From: Chiloscyllium plagiosum
Lineage: Eukaryota
Direction: 5' to 3'
DNA: 39,659 bases
Assembly: GCF_004010195.1 (NCBI RefSeq)
Contig: NC_057719.1
Span: 86,890,730 to 86,930,388 of the forward strand
Every line of letters begins with the position of its first letter. The first letter of the stretch is position 1. Under the pieces are notes generated by a model, which was not told where the DNA came from, searched no databases, and saw only the letters and a program-made list of their open reading frames with translations. The translations under genes and the position numbers were made by a program. Positions 35,512-39,659 of the stretch are shown here, piece after piece.

Positions 35512-36829
35512 CTGAAAGAAATCAATAGCAGTTAAAACCCTGCAATTGCAAGCGTACAATTTATACCATACATGTAAGTGAACTTGCGGCAGTGTGTGCT
35601 GGGGAGATGGGGTGAAAAGAACAAAGGGACAAAACAGCATCATCTTTTTGTCATGTGTCTTTCAAATGTATCTTTCTTTCCAGACGAAGAGTAGTTGTTG
35701 TGGAGATACTAGTCTCAAACATTTACTCTACTGAGAATAGTTTACCAATTTTTCCCTTAAGGCACTAAATGAAATTATAAGCACTGAGGCCCGGGTAAGT
35801 GGTAGGTAACAAAGTTCTATATCAGAAGGGGAACCAGGTTGAGGGGAATTCATAAAGCCAACAAAATACTGAACTATACGGAGTAAACATCAAGTTCTAT
35901 ATGCTCATGACAGTCCTTGAATACCTTGTTAAGTTCCAGCTGAAGGGAGAGTGCCAAGCCCTGGAAACAGTTTAGAGCAGAACAGAATGCTCTCTTATGT
36001 CAAAGGGACAAATTATTGAAGACCTGGAAGGACTCTTCAAGTGTCTATAGACCGACCTCAAACTTCAGTATATAAACAAGACAAATGACAATAGTACTTC
36101 TGTAGAGACACGAGAAGGACTACAGAAATAGCACAAAGTAATGCAATTTTAGAGTGCACTTCAAGAAGTTTGAATTGAACGAATTGAATTAGCTTTATTG
36201 TTATAGGTTGATCAACATAAGGAGTATCTTTCTACCTGACATGGTAGAATCAGAAATCCTGGGATAATTTAAAAGAATAACTGAGTTGTATGGGAGCAGG
36301 AAGACAGAAAAACAGAAGAGACAGGCAGGAAATAGATGGAGTTAATTGGTGGGTAATGAACTACATGGCCTTTATCGTGTGTATCTGGGGGGCATAAAGA
36401 AATTATCCGAAAGCTGGTAGAGGAGTAGAAAATTGTAAACTGACATTACCCATTGCTCTGATCAGAGCAGAGTTAGGGCCTGATGCATGGGGATTGTATT
36501 TTTGGTAATGTTCAGTGTTTGGAAATGCTCCTCCTCTGCTATGGGAATAGGAGTTAGGGCAGCCATTCTGGGAAAACATTCTATAAAAACATTTTAGTCA
36601 GAGCCACTGATTTGCAAAGCTACTGATACCCTGGACTACAGCAACAACATGTGAAGCTAGATTCAAGTCCAAGAAAATTTTCATGCAGATAAGTGCAAGT
36701 TAGACAGAGACCTGAATATATCTGGGGATAATAATGGGAGGAACTCCTTGGGAGTCTGAATTACACAGAATTGACATTCAACAAAATATGCAAAGTTTAA
36801 TAATAAATCTACTGGGAAACAACAGAATA

Positions 36830-38050
36830 AATTGGGTCAATGTCATGTCCACATGGAATTCAGTCAGGCTTTTGACAAGGTCTTGCATGGGAGAATGGTC
36901 AAAGAGATAACAGCCAGGGTAATTTGACAAACTTGCTTTGTGGCAGGAGGCAGAAAAGTGATGACTGAAGGTTATTTTTGTTTTTGTCACTGGAAGTCTT
37001 TCTAGTGATGTCTTTGGTGCTGGGTCTCTTGCTGTTTGAGGTGCACATTAATGATCTAGATATGAATGCAAGAAGTTTGATCAGTGCACAAAAACTGGGA
37101 GGGCTTACTGAAGGATCTCTATGGACTGGCCAAATGTGTACAACAGTGACAAATGGTACTTAATCCTAAAAAGTGTGAAGTTTTGCATTTTTGGAACACC
37201 AAGGCAAAGGCATAAACAATAAGTGGTAGGACTGGAGGAAATACAAAGGATCAGAGTCACCTTGGCGTGCATGTCCATCACTCATTGAAGGCAATACGTT
37301 AGTTAGGTTATTAATGTGGCATGAGAGAAATTTTCCTCATCCAAACTCATTCAGAGATGTTGTTAGACATCTCTCCAGCAGGTAGGACTTGAACCCAGCC
37401 CTCCTAAGCTCAGCAGCAGGGCACCACCTCTGCACACAAGGGTCCCAGAAGGCAATGGGAAACCTGACCTCAAAAATCAAGGCACTATATACAAGTACAA
37501 GGTGGTTATGTTGAAGCTGTATAAGATATTATTTAGGCCACAGCAGGAGTACTGTGTGCGGTTCCGTATGCACACAATGGGAATGATGGGACTACATGCG
37601 AAACAATGTACAGGAAATTCATCAGGAGGTTGCTTGGGTTGGAACAATTCAGCAACGAAAAAAAGACTAAACAGGCTGAGGTTGCTTTCCTGAATGCAGA
37701 GAAAGTTGTGGAAGGACCTAATCGAAGTGTATAAAATTATGAGGGGGCATTCATCTGGCAAATGGGAAGAAGCTTTTCCCTTTAGTCAGGGAGCATGGAT
37801 TGAAGGTAAATGGAAGGTGGTTTGGAGGGGATTTAAAGAAGAATGTTTTCATCCAGAGGGTGGAAAGTATCTTAACTCTGTGCTTGAAAGAGCGGTAGAG
37901 GGAGTAACCATCACAACATTTATGACCTGCTAGATAAAATGCTTGAAACGCCATAGCAAACAAGGCTACAGCCAAGTGCAGGGAAGTAGAATTGGAGTAA
38001 ATAGGTTTTCGATGATGAGCACAGACATGATAGGTTGCAGGGCTTCTACA
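36830..38050 (+). mobile_element. Decayed CR1 RT and 3' UTR, with a small tRNA-like SINE piece at about 37340-37445
   Basis: FSQAFDKV-like motif near 36860, INDLD near 37050, MLKLYKILFRPQQEYCVRF (ORF 37502..37693), DLIEVYKIMRG. Confidence 0.8.
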
Positions 38051-39078
38051 ATTCTATTACCAGTCACTGGGATCTTCAATGTCACAAAAAGGCTGTGTCA
38101 ATATCTGGCAAATTTGACAACGCTGTGAAAGCTCGATGAACAGCCTCATTAACAACCAGATTACTAAACACCAAAGAATAGGTCACATCAGCTCGTTGGA
38201 AAATGACAGTCACATGCGTAGAAGGTGCTGCTTTTAGTGATCCATAAACATCATATACATTCCCCAATCAACTTCACAGAACTTCCCATACTTGTACCCG
38301 ATCAGGTCTGTGATCACGTTTCTCTTCTCCAACTCTGTCTTCCAACTGTGTTCTTTTAAATGCATTTTTCAGACAGCCAATACAATTTTAAGGTCTTTCT
38401 TTTTTAGTGACGTATCACAGACTTGCATACTCTAACCACCCAAGATTGTAATTGGTCCTGTAGATCTTCCTCAATTATCTTAATTCAAGTCTTCAAGTTA
38501 CCATCTCATCAACTGCTAGAAATAAATCACTAATCATAATCACAAACTCTCCAAGTTTTATTAGACTATTCCTTAAACTTAGCAGCTCAAATGAGTTCTT
38601 CATCCAGAACATTTATCAGGTTTGTCTCAATCTAACTGATAATTTCAGCTCATCTCAGAATACAATCAATATTGTACCTTTTCTGTCATACAACATTCCT
38701 TATACAGTGGTTCCCAAAATTACACATTTAGTCTACCTGGGTAGTCGACCCGAAGGGTCTAAAAGAAATTTAATGCAATTTAAATCTCCAGACACAAAAC
38801 CAAAGATAATCTATGTTATTTAATGGCTCCGATTTCTTCAATGATTGTGTATCTGCACACCAGCCCATTGGAATTTGTTTTTGTTTATTTCCAGAACATG
38901 ATTCATTCACATTGTTCTACATTGAGGCACACCATAAATTTATCTGCTCACCATGCCATTCAATGCTGCAAAAGTCAAGGTTTTTGTAAAAAAAAGGCAC
39001 AATTTGCTGTAAACTGATTTGCTATCTTCAGAACTGTAACTATTTATTCTCAATTCCCAAAGCCAACAGTATAATGCT

Positions 39079-39460
39079 GTCAGAGTTGAAAAGTGTGGTG
39101 CTGGAAAAGCACAGTAGGTCAGGCAGCATCTGAAGAGCAGAAGAATTGACATTTCGAACATAAGTCCTTCTCAGGAATATGGAAGAGGAAGGGGGCTGAG
39201 AGGTAAATGGGAGGGGTGGTGAAATAGTTTGGAAGGCGATAGGTAGATGCAGGTGGAAGGGGGGGGGAAATTGGTGATAGGTCATAGCGGAGAGGTGGGA
39301 AGAAAGATGGACAAGTAGGACAGTTCAAGAGGGCAGTGCTGAGTTGGAAGTTTGGATCTGGGATGAGGAAAGAGGTGTTCTTCCTCCAGGTATTGAGTAG
39401 CTAGGAGTTGGAGTTGGGGTTGGGGAGAGAAGGGAAAGAGAGAGGAGAGGGTGTTGAAGT
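39079..39460 (-). mobile_element. Penelope-like element end with longer purine-rich internal segment
   Basis: Family arm GTGGTGCTGGAAAAGCACAGTAGGTCAGGCAGCATC and decayed hammerhead complement GACATTTCGAACATAAGTCCTTCTCAGGAAT, followed by GA-rich sequence. Confidence 0.6.
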
Positions 39461-39463
39461 GGT

Positions 39464-39659
39464 CATAGAGTCAGAGATGTACAGCATGGAAACCGACCCT
39501 TCGGTCCAACCCGTCCATGCCGACCAGATATCCCAACCCAATCTAGTCCCACCTGCCAGCACCCGGCCCATATCCCTCCAAACCCTTCCTATTCATATAC
39601 CTATCCAAATACCTCTTAAATGTTGCAATTGTACCAGCCTCCACCACATCCTCTGGCTG
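39464..39659 (-). mobile_element. Young CR1/HER1 LINE 3' end (runs off the window)
   Basis: Nearly identical to 20783-20944. Confidence 0.9.

Noticed and set aside
35925..35939. Possible 15-nt EXD1 micro-exon (cccttcag|CTGGAACTTAACAAG|gtattc)
   Set aside because: It contains TAA in the frame needed to join the phase-1 acceptor at 35511, and there is no homology support.
38082..38267. ORF as an upstream EXD1 exon
   Set aside because: No similarity to the EXD1 N-terminal region, ends in a stop, and lacks a compatible donor.
38502..38515. Possible 14-nt micro-exon (tttctag|CAGTTGATGAGATG|gtaact)
   Set aside because: Splice-like flanks only, with no recognisable EXD1 similarity; not supportable without transcripts.
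1..39659. Most short ORFs in the six-frame track as independent genes
   Set aside because: They are fragments of decayed LINEs, SINEs or Penelope-derived repeats (for example the recurring MLPDLLCFSST and CCLTCCAFPAPH peptides) or chance frames. Only those overlapping EXD1 exons have splice and homology support.
1..39659. CRISPR arrays, operons or other prokaryotic systems
   Set aside because: No regularly spaced repeats or long ORFs; spliced gene and vertebrate retroelements show this is eukaryotic DNA.

Overview
Eukaryotic (vertebrate) genomic DNA, almost certainly from a shark. This rests on tRNA-derived HE1-type V-SINEs with (TTAGA)n tails, abundant CR1/HER1 LINEs, and RTE, L2, Rex1/Babar and Penelope-derived repeats. 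The one recognisable host gene is EXD1 (exonuclease 3'-5' domain containing 1, a piRNA-pathway factor) on the minus strand. Seven GT-AG exons between 35511 and 11148 give a continuous frame of 992 nt (about 330 aa) ending in TAA; the 5' exons appear to lie beyond the right edge of the window. The rest is intron and 3' flank filled with nested, mostly decayed retroelements. The most unusual signal is a family of about 8 short, often palindromic Penelope-derived insertions. Five have direct target-site duplications of 9-19 bp, and several carry minimal hammerhead ribozyme cores (CUGANGA-stem II-GAAA-NN-UC). One copy lies in an EXD1 intron in sense orientation, with its core enclosed by a 56-bp hairpin stem. 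Repeat boundaries are approximate and family names come from motif recognition, not database searches.
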